Shown: positions 12,740 to 26,461 of the stretch, in pieces
How the letters are laid out: each line of letters opens with the position of its first letter
Position numbering within the stretch: the stretch's first letter is position 1
DNA from: Anolis carolinensis
Lineage: Eukaryota
Reading direction: 5' to 3'
DNA: 64,000 bases
Assembly: GCF_035594765.1 (NCBI RefSeq)
Contig: NC_085845.1
Coordinates: forward strand, 127,426,897-127,490,896
Made by a program: the position numbers and the translations under genes
Notes under the pieces: model-generated
What the model was told of the DNA's origin: nothing
The model's input: the letters and a program-made list of their open reading frames with translations, nothing else
Database searches by the model: none

Positions 12740-12890
12740 ATATGATATGTTTTATATGATATTATTGACTGATTTACTTTTAATTGTCTGCTAATTGTCT
12801 ATTATGTTTTGTACTGACATTGAATGCTTGCCATTTTTACTTTGGAAGCCACCTTGAGTCCCCTTGGGGAGAGAGGGCGGGTTAAACTAA

Positions 12891-12940
<50 letters not shown>
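12740..12940 (+). mobile_element. L2/SINE 3' tail with (ATT)n
   Basis: gccaccttgagtccccttggggagagagggcggg followed by an ATT array. Confidence 0.7.
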
Positions 12941-12942
<2 letters not shown>

Positions 12943-14899
12943 TAATGGAATTCTGATGCTGCCAAACTTTCCAAAGGCCAGTCTTCACACCATTGTGATG
13001 GATTCTAAGAAGATAGATGTGTCACTTTTAGATGTGTGGCAGAAAAAATGATGAGCTTAGAACTTTCCTCCTCCTGACTTTGCTTTTGGGAGATTGTCTG
13101 TACACAAAGCTCTTAACAAGGTTGATCAAGCAATCACTGTTGTTTTCAAGAAGTGGTTCAGCCTTCCTAAATAAGCCACCAATGACATCTTGCGCATTGC
13201 TTAATGGGAGAATAGGGATTCCTAAATGGGAGATTCAGCAGATGCTGCAAATATCATTTAAATATATTGCCTCTTTCTTTGCCTTGACAGGACTGTAAAA
13301 TCGATTGTTCTAGGTTTTCTTAAGCATACAATCAGAATACCATCTGACACTAGTCTGACAATCTGTCTTAGTGGCTCACTTGAAAACCAAATTTGGACAC
13401 AATGGTGGTGATCCCCCCCCCCCCCTTTAGCTGTGCTTGAAATGAAACTATGGAAATTATGATTTTACAAGGTCTTTAGACTTCTCTGTCAACTATTGCC
13501 ACCAAACTACAAATTTCATGCATCTAAATAGGTAGGACTCTGTGACTTACATTCACCTGCAGTTATGAAATAAGTTGTCTCTTTTACTTTGAGGACTGCT
13601 GCATGCCTGTTTTGGGTTTCCAAGGGAAATCTGTGGATTTCTTTTGTAACATAAAACTATACTTTAAAAACAAACTTATTTAGGGACTGTATTCATGTCA
13701 AGTTAGATGGTCCTATTTTTTTTGTTTGGTGCAACTTTTTTGTTGTTTTTTTACTAATACAGTAATTTATCTTGAGCCATTCAATACAATGTTGTACTTG
13801 AAGCCTGGTGAAAGGATGATTGAATTGGCTTTCATTACTGACAGGATCTGTTTCATCCTTTGCTGAAGCAACTTGGCTACTTAGGAAGTGAAAATGAATT
13901 AATCTCTTAATGAGCCGCAAAGTAAGAACTTGGTCCTTCTTTTTTAAAAATGTACAATATTCCCATTGTTCAGTACAATGGGAAAACACTACAACGTTTT
14001 CATGTTCAGGCTGAGGTTTTCAAAATAACATGAATGGTGTCAACTTTTGATGACTGAGGAAGGATGTGTCTCTCAGTATGTGTTAACTTACAAGAAAGGT
14101 GGGAATGTGTATACTTCATTCCTAAGTGTGTCATTGCTCAGTGATGTCCAGCGGAGAATGTGCACTGCCTTCTTTGAAAGATATGGGACTAGAGAAGAGT
14201 ACTTGGTGATTTGAAAGCTCCTGAGGTTCATCCAGTCTCTGATTTCACTTTCACACATCCATATTATGAACTGATGTTTCAGCCATTAAGTGATGCACAT
14301 TTTCATGAAGCATAACAAAGAAAGACCTGATTCAAATAAATTATAATTATTAAAAATGATATCACTGTTAGAGAAGGAGACTAGCTATACAGTATATAAT
14401 AATGTAAACAGAAATTTTGAGTTTCGACGCCAGGCTATGTTTGTGTTTGATGAATGTTGAACTCTAGTTGTATGTATGTATTTTAATGTTGTATTATGTG
14501 TGTATGTATTTTGGTATTATTATACAGCTGTTTTTCATGGCTAGTGCTGACAATAAAGATGTGGAGGAAGGATTACTTCTCCCAGTATTCAAGTTTGGTT
14601 CAAATACAGAGAAGCATGGGCAGCTGGACAATGAAGAGCCCACCATTTCAGAACAGGAACAACAGCAACCCCAAGTTGGCAATGAAAGACTTACCACTCC
14701 TCTGGGCTCAGAGTAAGGGCAGGATCAGGACCTTGAATTGGGAGACCAGGGATTAAGTATTCTCGACCGGCTACAATTAAGGACAGATAGGATTCAAATG
14801 TGGAGATCTAGTCAGTTTGCTGAGGAGAGGGCTGGCAGGTGGGATCACTTGAGAGATCTGCATAAATAGCTGAAGTTTGGAATAGCCATTGCCCTCACC

Positions 14900-16395
14900 A
14901 TAAAAAAAGAAAAATACAAAATAATGGTCTTTGCCAAGAAAACTAAGATTTACAACTGGCACCTTGATGGGCACAAAGTGGAACAAGTGAGGATATTTAA
15001 ATACCTAGGCCTACACTTTGCGGCCTCTGGGGCATGATCCCGACATCTAAAATTAAGTATCGCAAAAGCTGATAATGCCGTGTAGGCAATTAATAAATTA
15101 TGTAATAATTACTCAGGATCTTTACATCCCTTTCTGAAGGTTCTCAAGGCCAAGGTGTTCCCCATTGCTTTGTATGGAGCTGAAATATGGGAGGATCAAG
15201 ATCTGGCATTGGTAGAAAGATTCCAACTTCGCCACTTGAAAATTGGCTTAGGTGTGGAGAGATCATCCCTGTCAGCTGCTGTGAAAGCAGAGATGGGAGT
15301 ACCCCCAATTTCCCCCAATTTCCACAGTAATCCTGAAGAGGCAGATCAATTGGTGGTACAAAATAAGACAAATGCAACCACATAGACTCCCAGCCATATG
15401 CCTATTAGAACAAGAAAACCACCAAGAGTGGTCATCATGGCTAAGCAGACTAAGCACACGGTCAGTAAGATAGGTTTTGCCCCACATGAGCTAATAAATT
15501 TCGGGGCTAAAGTGTGCTCAATTGTATACCAAAGAGCCCTCGACATTGCTGCACAAAATGATCTTATGATCATAGCGCAAGCAAGAGCCACTCCATACCT
15601 GGCCAAATTTAAATGCAACGTGGGCACGGAAACCTACCTCTTCATGACTCTTCCATTATATATTAGAAAACTTTTTACCCGGGCTAGATTCGAGCAGCTT
15701 GACATTAAGTCCAAGCTAGGTAGACATCAGAATATCCCCTATACGAAGAGAACCTGTGGGTGTCGTGAGGTAGATGCAGAAGTGGAGGACTCAGAACATT
15801 TTTTCTTAAAATGCCCCTACTACACCAGGATTCGATCTCTCTATTTAGACCCTCTGCTGGAGAATCATACTCACTTAGAGAATAAGGAGAAATTGCATAT
15901 CCTTCTACAGGGATACTGGATGGCCATCTGTCGGGGGTGCTTTGAATGCGATTTCCTGCTTCTTAGCAGGGGGTTGGACTGGATGGCCCATGAGGTCTCT
16001 TCTATGATTCTATGATTCTATGATTCTAGGGTTCAGATAAAAACTCTATTTTAAAACTGGCCCTTTTAATGCAAAAAAGCGCTAGCCATTCGTGAGAAGA
16101 TGGAAGCTGTGAGCTGATACATTATTGTCACTAACAAAATCCAAAATTTAAATTTACTATGGACAAGACACTTGTTTTACTTACCCCTGTCCTCGTTCAA
16201 ACCTTACCTTAGGAAATTACTAATTTTAACCTTTTTACTCTGTATTTGTCTAGGAGCGGGTTATTAGGCCGCAGGTCGGGATGTTTTGTATCCTTACATG
16301 GTTTTATTGTATGTATGCATAAGTGTGTACGTATTGTATGTTTTACATGTCTTGATATGGTCAAAAGTGACTAATCAATAAAGAATTGTTGTTGT
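14900..16395 (+). mobile_element. 5'-truncated LINE, probably RTE-X clade, degraded
   Basis: KIMVF..VEQV..FKYLG, PIALYGAEIW, LFTRARFEQ..GRHQNIPYTKRTCGC..VED.EHFFLKCPYY. AATAAA plus (TTG)n tail, as in 7468-8300. Confidence 0.8.
15912..16028 (+). mobile_element. CR1 3' end nested in the RTE-X copy
   Basis: CR1 3'UTR with (ATTCTATG)n tail. It interrupts the host ORF. Confidence 0.85.
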
Positions 16396-18209
16396 AATAG
16401 CAACTGGTATTTGGGCTGCAGTCTGAAGCATCGTTTCTTGAACCCTTGGAAGACAGATTGTACCCTGGATATTGAATCGGACTATTCTTAGAAATTGTGT
16501 TGATGAGATATCCTGGCTCTGGAATATTGGAATGGATTTATGTTTTACCCTCTTGCCTCCTCATTGCTTAATGGATTGATTAATGTGTTGATCCCGGACT
16601 GCCTATGGACTATGTTTGTGTGCTTGGCTAATTTACAGAAAATCACTGGGCCAGAGTCTGTCACTTTAGGCTTCCAATGGTGGGAAGATTTTGGGGATTC
16701 GAAGACATACAGTGCATTTTAAGACAGATGTTCTCTTATGAACTATAAGATATTTGTCATAGCACATGCCTTCCCTCATTTATGGCCATAGCATTTAGTC
16801 TGCTTTGTTTTGTGATTGGACATTGGCAGGCAAATGCAGACTTGATGTGAATGTCTGATGCTGAATCATGCAAATTCCATTGTTGGGGGAGGGGGGATTA
16901 TTGGAAATGCAAATTCCCCTTAACATCTCATTTGATTTTTAGTACACCAGCTTAATTTCCATTTTTTTAAATGATATGGCAATCAGAAAAGATTTAATTT
17001 CAGCTTGTACATTTCCCTGAATTTTGTGATGCAATTTTCAGCTTTGAACAATATATATTTTAAAATATGTTTTCAAAAAGATTTAATACATATAAAATGC
17101 TTTTGGTTGTGAAATATATACAGCCTGACTGTGAATGTTTGTGTTACTTTTCAGAAACGATAATGAAGCAAACTTGATTTGACACAAGCAGAACTAATAT
17201 AGAGAAAAAACACTGAAGTTTTTATTCTCATCCCTTTCTATCTATACCCTTCAATATTGAAACAGAAGGTGAAGGCTTACCCTCATTCGGTTTTAGTAAC
17301 TTATCATCCTGTGCTATTTTCAGATGATAACAAGTGCTCGGCCTCACAAAATCCCTTTCACCTTAAGAGTGAAGTATTTATTAAGGGCTTCATCTTTTAC
17401 TATCCATTTATCCCCTTTCTACCTCTATTTTCTCTCCTTTCTCATATATGCTATTTTGAGAAGGGTCAGTGAATTTAGGTAGCTTAAAATTCATTGGTGA
17501 ACAATTACATTCTTCCATTAATAACATAACTTCATCTGAACTTATTCTTTCCTGACAGAAATAATTACATACGATCTGCTAAAAGTCTTGGCTTTATTTC
17601 ATGTTAAGCAGAGGAGCTGTATTTCTTCATTATTGGCTTTGTCCATGTAGTGTGTGTATTCTAATGAGCATATAATACTGAGAAAATTAGTCTAAATTTA
17701 ATGATCTGCAGGCCAGTTGAGCTTTGTAATAAAACGGATCTCTTGGACTGAAGCCGAATGAGCACTAGGTATGGCTCATGGTTTAAGCAGGCAAGTTGTG
17801 TGTTTGTATGTGCTTGGATTCACACCAAAATGGGCGAATAAGGCACACAACAGACTCCTGCATCATCCATTGGTGCTGAGCAGCATATAAAGCTCTGTAA
17901 GTACAGAATTCAGGAAAAAATCTTTATGTGTACTGGGATCCCTATATGGGCAACAAAATACCATTCTGCTCAAAGAGAAGATGGTTAATCTATATGAATA
18001 TAGTTGTGCAATGACTAGAGTCTTCTGTGTTATGAATCAGAGGAGGAGCGATGTTTCAATGCCGGAAAGAAAGGATACTTCTCCTCTCCATTTATCTTTT
18101 CATAAGAAATAAGTGCCTGATAATGGAGTACTATAAAGCTTTCATTAGAGATAAGTCCCATTGAATTCTTTGGTTCTAACTTGCACATGAACTCTATAGG
18201 ATTGCATAC

Positions 18210-19764
18210 TGAGTCCCAAGAGGCATCGGTATCTCCGCTGCTGATGAAACCAGACTTAGATCGTTCAGTTCCCGCTAGCTACCGCCCAGTCTCGAACCTT
18301 CCGTTTCTGGGCAAGCTGGTTGAGCAGTGGAACAGTTGCAGCAGTTCCTCAATGACACAGCCGGACTTGATCCCTTCCAGTCCGGCTTCCGTAGGGGGCA
18401 TGGGACGGAGACTGTGCTGGTTGCCATCACAGACCAACTTCGCTGCCAGAGGGATCAAGGCGGATCAGCGCTGCTCGTGTTATTGGATCTCACAGCAGCA
18501 TTTGATATGGTCGACCACAATCTATTGACCCACCGCCTAGCCATGATGGGGGTTAGGGGGATACCCCTGAAATGGGTGTTCTCCTTCCTCCAGAATTGGG
18601 GACAGCGGGTGGTGAGGGGAGGGATGGTTTCCGCGTGGTCTCTGCTAACTTGTGGGGTCCCACAGGGAGCTATTCTCTCTCCTCTATTATTTAACATCTA
18701 TATGCGACCGCTTGCCCGACTGGTGCTGAGCTTTGGGCTCGAGTGCCACCAGTACGCTGATGACACTCAGCTCATTCTGAGGATGGAGGGTCAGCCGGAC
18801 TCTGTACCTGATAGTTTCCATCAGTGCCTTGAGGCCGTTACTGGATGGTTGAGTGCCAGCAGGTTGAGGGTGAATCCAGCAAAGACGGAGATCCTTTGGC
18901 TGGGCCATCCGGGTGGGAGGGAGATCCAGCTGCCTACCCTGGATGGTGAGACACTACGTCCGTCATCTTCTGTAAAAAATCTTGGTGTCTTATTGGACCC
19001 TCTGCTCACAATGGAGGCCCAGGTCTCTGCTGTGAGCAGATCTGTGTTTTTCCATCTACGTCAGGCTAGGCGACTGGCTCCCTACCTATCTAGGAACGAC
19101 CTGGCGACGGTGATCCAGGCGAGGGTCATCTCGAGGCTCGACTACTGTAATGCCCTCTACATTGGCCTTCCTCTGTCAGTGATCTGGAAACTGAAGCTGG
19201 TGCAAAACGCGGCGGCTCGTCTTCTCGCCGGGGTGCCGGCGAGGTGGCGTATCACCCCAATTCTTCAACAGCTGCACTGGCTACCGATTGAGTACCGGAT
19301 TACTTTCAAGATACTGGTACTAACTTTCAAGGCCTTACATGGTCTGGGGCCAACGTACCTGAGGGCCTGCTTATCCCCCTACCAACCCCAGAGATTACTT
19401 CGGTCCGAAGACCAAAATTTGCTTGAAGTCCCTAACATACGGACTTATCATTTGTCTTCTACTAGGCATAGAGCCTTCTCGATTGTAGCCCCTCAATTAT
19501 GGAATGCCTTGCCAGTTGAAACTCGAACCACCCGAGACTTACTTGCCTTTCGGAAAGCCTGCAAAACCTTGCTCTTCTGACAAGCTTTCAATGGGTGAAA
19601 AACTCGGGGCTATGTCTGTTTTTATTGTTGCTTTTATTGCTGTTTTTATTGTTTTTATTGTTATTTTAAAGCCAAGTGTATTGTTTTAATCTATTTTTGT
19701 AAACCGCTCCGAGCCAAACTGGGAGTAGTGGTATATAAGTTTAATAAATAAATAAATAAATAAA
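18210..19764 (+). mobile_element. L2-clade LINE, 5'-truncated, young
   Basis: Long open RT frame, retained CpGs, (TAAA)n tail. Confidence 0.92.
18327..19580 (+). pseudogene. L2 reverse transcriptase ORF2 fragment (417 aa)
   Basis: QSGFR, LDLTAAFD, GVPQGAILSPLLF, QYADD, RLDYCNAL, LHWLP. Frameshift after YRPVSNLPFLGKLVE. Endonuclease domain absent. Confidence 0.92.
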
Positions 19765-21039
19765 ATACACTTCCTTTGTCTCTCTTTATTTATTTTGAAT
19801 TGAGCAAGTGTGGTCCACCAGAAACTCTAGAACAGCAACAACCAGCAGATCTAGAATCACAATCATTTCTTGAAGAATCATGGATGTTCAAGTCCAAGTG
19901 GATAAATCACAAGTTGATCACCTCTGAAATTGATCCCAAGCAGGTAGCGATTGGTACATGCCTTAGAACAAACTATTAAACACATGGATTGCTCAATACA
20001 TGTCCTGATTTACTGTCCTTAAAAAAAAGAATTGCTCTAGTTGGTCCATCTATTCTAAGTACTATTGAGGACATCCCACTGTAGACTGAAATCAAAAGAC
20101 ATTAACACATCGACACACATACTTATGGTGGCCAATACAGACACAAAATTCAATGCTTGTGTTTTAAAAATGTTTCACGTATCGACTGAAATGAAATAAT
20201 CAATAGCATGTTCATTCTGAAAATCAAAGAACCAAAATGCAGAGTGGGATGTTTTGTGATATCTCTATGGAAAGACATTGGCCATAGATGTTTTATATTG
20301 ACATATCCTGTCTTCAAAGAAGGTTCTGCCCATACATGTGTTGTATAGCAGCTGGGGGGGGGGGGGGGGAAGCAAACCAGAGAAGGGTGTTGAATCAACT
20401 TTACAAAAAGCAGATGAAAAAAAGACCTCATAAATGAAAGATGACAAGGGTAAATATTGTTGAGGTAAATGTTATATAAAACCAGTAGTTAGGAAAAGAA
20501 ATGTAAAATAAATCTTTCTTAGGCCTTTTCTATCTCAGGATAAAAATGTCTGTGCCACTTTCAATTATTCAATATTTGAAGTTTGTTTTGTTATGAAAAA
20601 CCATGTTTCCTTTCACAAAGAAATTGGTATGGTAAGGCAGCTTTATGAACTTATATATCTTTTCTCTTTCTTAAAGCAGAGCTGCATAACAATGGCATTT
20701 TTATTTCTGGTTAGACTGCCACTTCCATCAGCCTTAGCAAACATAGCAAATTGCTAGCATGCTGGTAACTGTAGTGAAACAAAATGTGTCAGAGTTGCAA
20801 CTCTGTCATGCACATATATGTGATTCATTTAACTGTTTGTGGTGAAAGCTGGTTCAGATATAGATTTCAGAGGCCATGGTTATTTATTTAATGTATATAC
20901 CTTCCAAGTGGAAAAAGATCTACAGCCACTTTGAAAGAGAGGGATCCCTTCTTTACGCCAATGAGCCCCACCCCCCTCCCCAATAACAGTAGAGAATAAA
21001 TGTTTCCCAGATTTCAATTCTTCTTTAAAAAGCTAATAT

Positions 21040-21703
21040 TATTCTAGGCTGAATTGATAAAAGTATAGTGCCTAGATCAAGAGAAATAATATTATCACAT
21101 CTTTCTACTTTGGTCAGATGACACCCATAATATGACCAGTTCTGGGCACCTCAATTCCAGAAGGATATTAATGAGCTAGAACATACCTAGACCTATCAGG
21201 AAGCCAAGATCTGGAAGCCAAGACCTATCAGAAGTGGTTTAGAATGCTGGGTCTGTTAGCCTGGAGAAGAGTTCACATGGTGGCCATGTTTAAAATAAGG
21301 ATATCATACTGAACATAGAGCAAGATTGTTTCATATTGATCCAGAAAGAGCTGAGTAGCTAAAGTGTGCATTCCACTTTAAATCCCGTGGTTGCCTTTTA
21401 TAGAATTCTAGGGTTTGTAGTTTAGGTAGAGGGCTTTAAAATATTGCAAATAATGCTCAGCCAGATAGGTCTTGCACACAACAATATAGATTCAAACTAA
21501 ATGAAAAGCAATTCCACCCAAACATTAGAAAAACTTCCTGAGGATAAGAGCTGTTTGACAGTGAAATACACTGTCTCACACTGTGATGGGGAAGTTCTTA
21601 AACAGAGGCTGAATGGCTGTCTGTTGGGACTGCAATGATTGTGTATTCGTGTATGGCAGGGAGTTGATCGGTCTCTTCTAATTCTATGGTTCTGCAATTC
21701 TAT
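21040..21703 (+). mobile_element. Degraded CR1 LINE 3' portion, interrupted at about 21350-21480
   Basis: Remnants of LVR..Y..QFWAPQF.KDI.ELE and a decayed ATTCTATG tail. Confidence 0.7.
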
Positions 21704-22328
21704 ACAGTAGTTAGGAACATGTGTAGTCTAGTAACTGAGGAGGATATTTCATGACTAAAATACGCATAGCCATATTAAAACTATACACGTTTTAGAAATA
21801 AGCCATTGGAACCCATTCTTGGGTCACTTTGGTCTTGGAACAATGGTTCTGACAGACAGAAAGAGAGGTGCCGTCCACTCTCTTTCTTCCCCCCTCTGTC
21901 CCCTCACCCTTTTAACCAAAAATTAATTCACATTTGCTACTCTGCTTTTTCACTACAACAGATAAATTATTTGCAATATTTCCCCTTTTGTGGGACAGAG
22001 AAGAAGGCTCCTTCGACAATCTCAATTCCTGGCATATAGGAAAGAGATTGTATTGAGATCTCAAGTAGTTAAGATCTTTGAATTCTGATCACTTCAGTTC
22101 TGACCAAATGCAACTGGCAGCCAATATTGTGTTCCTTGAAGACTGGTTTTGTCTGTGCAATACTCTGGACAAGCTTTCTGCTAATTGTTTTTACTAGCTG
22201 TACCTTCTGAGTCATTTTCAAGGACAGCCTACTTAGAGTGTACTACAATAGTCTAATTGGGATGTCACTAATGTTTCAACTATAGTTACCAAGTTATCCC
22301 TGGCCCAAGAAACAGCATAGCTGGCAAG

Positions 22329-22627
22329 CAGAGCCAGTCCAACAATGAGGTGAACTAAGCGGTCGCTTCAGGCGCAAAACATACGGGGGCACAGTCGAGA
22401 CTGCTTTTTCTGTTGATTTGTTGTAAAACATGATGTTTTGATGCTTAATTTGTAAAATCTTAATGTCATTTGATGTTTAATAGGCTTTTCCTTAATTCCT
22501 CCTTATTATCCAACATCTTCGCTTATCCAAAGCTTTTATTTTTCAGTGATTGGTTTTTTTTTGGTGGGGGGGGGGGTTGCCAAAATTCTGTTCGCCTACA
22601 CTTGAAAAATACCTAGGGCCAGCTCTG
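22329..22627 (-). mobile_element. Non-autonomous hAT transposon (CAGAGCC family, short form)
   Basis: Inverted termini and a perfect 8-bp TSD CTGGCAAG. Confidence 0.9.
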
Positions 22628-23045
22628 CTGGCAAGCCACTCAAATTCATGGCCTACTACCTCATCAGATGGGCAAAATTGTCCATTATATAATGCACAGA
22701 GTCCACCGGCTTCCATCCCATGACATAGATCTACTTCTGGCAGGGCTTTATGGTGCAAGTGAAGAGGGAGTATCATAAGCTGCCATAGCGGCAACACGAG
22801 AGGCTTCTTGTGTTGCTTAGGCAACAACAAGGGGAAGCCAAGTGGAGGATGCTTCCCCCCATGATACGGGGTGAGGGGGAAGTCAGGTGATGTGGACCGA
22901 AAGGCTCTCCTGCCCTCCCCCCCCCACACACACACACTGGGTCAGGCTTGCCACGATGCATGTCAAATCCTGGTCTTAATGTTATGAGGTCTCAAGTTGT
23001 AATACACTAGGCTCTGTGGTTATCTGGTACTAAAGCTGATGTGTA

Positions 23046-23277
23046 GCCCGGGCTGTGGCGCAGGCTGGTGAGCAGCCAGCTGCAGCCAGCTGCAACAAAT
23101 CATTCTGACCAAGAGGTCATGAGTTCGAGGCCAGCTCGGAGCTGCGTTTGTCTCTGTCTTTGTTCTATGTTAAGGCATTGAATGCTTGCCTTATATGTGT
23201 AATGTGATCCGCCCTGAGTCCCCTTCAGGGTGAAAAGGGTGGAATATAAATACTGTAAATAAATAAATAAATAAATA
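23046..23277 (+). mobile_element. tRNA-derived SINE with L2-type tail (Anolis SINE2-like), short form
   Basis: A-box TGGCGCAGGCTGG, B-box GAGTTCGAGGCC, (TAAA)n tail. Near-identical to 54219-54456. Confidence 0.85.
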
Positions 23278-23759
23278 GGGTACAATTAGAAATCCCTTGT
23301 TATTTGTCCGTTTTATTTATTTTTACTCACTGGTCACCATTTTCTAATGGAGATAGCCTACAAAGACAAGGAGTGTACAATTCCAGCTTATAACTTGCCC
23401 CTGCAATTTACAAATGATTTTGCTACTTTCATCCTCCTCCTCTCTGTGCCAGTCAAGGGCACTGCGGGGCACATGGACTAATTGCAGAGCCATAGGCAAT
23501 TACCCAGTAATATTTCCTCTACCTTCTGTTCTTAATGAGCCTAATGTTTTTTTTCTTGTTTCATGTCATGATTAAAGCTCTCACAACATCTCTGTTATCA
23601 CTTATTTAATATTATATACTAACAGGATTCATTTTTGTGCTATCAGTTAAGTCCAAGCACTCACAATTGTTCAGTGCGGTTGATAGTGAGACTGTTACTG
23701 CCCCATAGAGGCACTTTGTGTCCCTTCCATAATAGTTTCCAAGGATCAATCAACAAAGA

Positions 23760-23972
23760 GTACATCCACACTGCACAATTATAGCAGGTAAATCACTTTA
23801 GGCTATGAATCCTGGGATTTTTAACTCTACTATGAAATCTGTAGTGTTACCGAATTAGAACATTGATGAAAATTCTGAGCACCACCATCCCACACCACAA
23901 ATCCCAGGACTCCATAGAATGGAGCCATGACACTTAAAGTGGGATCACACAAGCATACAATGAGTATAGATA
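23760..23972. mobile_element. Palindromic MITE (same family as 9262-9455)
   Basis: Internal inverted repeat tcctgggatt / aatcccagga. Confidence 0.55.
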
Positions 23973-25261
23973 CCACAAAGACGCATTTGAATAAATAAGA
24001 GTAAATGTAAAATGTTTCTCAGTTTACACTTCAGGAATACGGAAATCCTATCATGCCAGTGGGTCAGGTCCTGCCTGCATAAAGAGAAAATAAGAAATCC
24101 CACATATCTCATCATTCAAATGAAACAAGTGACAAGATTTTGAATTCTGTTTTGTAGACACTTTCTTTGACACAGTGAAAGAGGCAGGATTTTAATGAAT
24201 GCCATTTTTGACTATTGTAATATCATTATCCGAGAAATGTGGGATTTTCCCAAAGCTGATATTTGGATGATGGTCTTTTTTTATTATTCTTAGTATTGTG
24301 CTAATAATAAAAAAGATTGAACAAGTCTTTGAATGACCTTGCCAGTGGGAATCCTGCATTTAGAAGTAATGAGCATGTTTTCAAGAAAGCTACAGCTTGG
24401 AATAATAAAAAGTTTCCATTGGCCAGGATGTTTATTGGGCTAAAAGACTGAATGCATTTGGTTATCAGAGAAGACTACAGCAGTACAGTTGTATTAAATT
24501 CTGGGTCAGCATTTATTGCAATGCACCAGCTGTCAGGTCCAGTGGCATTTCAAGCAATTCTGACAGTGTCAAGCCAAGAGTTGTCAAGAAGCTGTCATTG
24601 ACAACTTGACTGTGTGGAATAAGTACTGTGGTCCACTTTTAGGAGCAGACAATTGGCCCACAGTGACCTCAAGTCTCTTTGGTTGAAATTTGCTATTCTA
24701 CCAGGTTATGAAGGGGCACAACTGACATATAACTGACCATCCTATCAAGCTGCCCTGGGGTTTCTGTCTGCAATTTTTCCTGCCTCTCTTTTTCTTTTTC
24801 CTCCCTCCTTTTTAATACTTCCTACCTTGACCATCTTTAAAAGGCTCTCTATGGCCTAGCATTATTCCTGTCACTTTATCAAACACTATTCATAAGTGTA
24901 CAGTTCCAATGCCCATCTTGGTAATCTTTATTATTCCATCTCACAGGTTGGATACACATGTGTGTCTGATCTGGTGGGCTGTGATTGTCACCTGCCTCAG
25001 TTCCTGTGAAGACAACTCAAAACTCAACATCTAAGGCTGTAATTTTCTGCACATGCGATCTCAGAAGCACCTATGTTGAACATATTCTGGATAGGGATTT
25101 GTCTGTCTCAGAGCTGTGTGTTTTTTTATTTTATTTTCCAGGGTGTGTGCAGTATCTCAATTAAGGATATTAATAGCATATTCCCCTCCCACATATTTTA
25201 CTTGTGAGCTTGTAGATGCATCCATCTGATCTGAGCAGTACAGTAAAATAATAGCTGCTAT

Positions 25262-25487
25262 CAGAGCTGGCTCTAGGTATTTTTCAAGTCTAGGTGAACA
25301 GAATTTTGGCGCCCCCCTCCCCCAAAACAATCACAGAAAAATAAAAGCATTGGATAAGCGAAAATAATATGGATAATAAGGAGGGATTAAGGAAAAGCCT
25401 ATTAAACATCAAATTACATTAGGATTTTACAAATTAAGCACAAAAACATCATGTTTTACAACAAATCAACAGAAAAAGGAGTCTCGG
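25262..25487 (+). mobile_element. Truncated hAT element (CAGAGCC family)
   Basis: Matches 40214-40430 and ends abruptly at a hairpin. Confidence 0.8.
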
Positions 25488-26184
25488 CACTATAGAAAGT
25501 TATTTCTATAGTGATTAGTTACAGTTACATTTCCTGGCACAAAAAAGTAGCTATTTACAATTACTGTCATTTTAAGGCATTGTTTCACGTAAATTTGAAT
25601 AACAAATAATATTTGCTTCTAAAAGTAATACTTCAGATTCATCAAAATGCCACAACCCTTAAACTGTGGTACACAAATGAACTTAAGTAATGAGGCCTTA
25701 AAATTAAAAATGTAAACAAAATTAGTCGTAGTTGCACTGAAAAACGAGTGAAAATCACTTTAATGTAACTTTGTAATTATTGAAAAAAGTACAAAATCCT
25801 TTTGGAATGCTGCATTGAACTGTATTATATAAATCTATATTGACCATATAATGCAGTTTCATGCTGTATTCTATGGCAGTACAGATCGTGCCTGCAATAA
25901 GGTATCTATCAAACCAGTGAAGGTGACAGTAATATAAAGAAGAAAGTGATACTTTAAGCTGTCTGAAAGGAAGATATAGGAGAAATGGGCTGCTTGGAGC
26001 TGGCAGACTTGATCTGCATTCCCTCAACATACACAGTAATGTATCCCTAAAAAAATTGAATCTACAGCATAATGTAGCAAGAGGAATCCAGATATTGGAG
26101 ATCATCCGGAGGCATGGGGTGGGGTGCTATTGATACGCTGATGACATCCAAGTGTATTTCTCCATGCCTTCCAAAACAGCTCTA

Positions 26185-26455
26185 GCTAAGGGTAGCATGC
26201 CTCCTTTGAATGAATGCCTGAAGGAAGTAATGGGTTGAATGAGGAAAAACAAATTGAAACAGAATCCAGACAAAACAGAGGTGCTTGCCATGAAGGGGTC
26301 CTAACTAGGGATGGAGGTGTATCAACCAGTTCTGGATGGGGTTACACTCCTCCTGAAAGACTGTGTTTGCAGCTTAGAAATGCTCCTGGATCTGTCTTTC
26401 CAAATGTCAGTCCAGGTAGATGCAATGGTTAGAGTGCTTACTACCAGCTTCGGCT
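26185..26455 (+). mobile_element. Degraded L2 RT fragment; 3' end resumes at about 27350-27560
   Basis: LNECLKEVMG*MRKNKLK.NPDKTEVL motif. Confidence 0.7.
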
Positions 26456-26461
26456 AAATAC

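Noticed and set aside
18327-19580. Active or domesticated reverse transcriptase gene
   Set aside because: It is a 5'-truncated L2 copy with no endonuclease, an upstream frameshift and no true ATG start.
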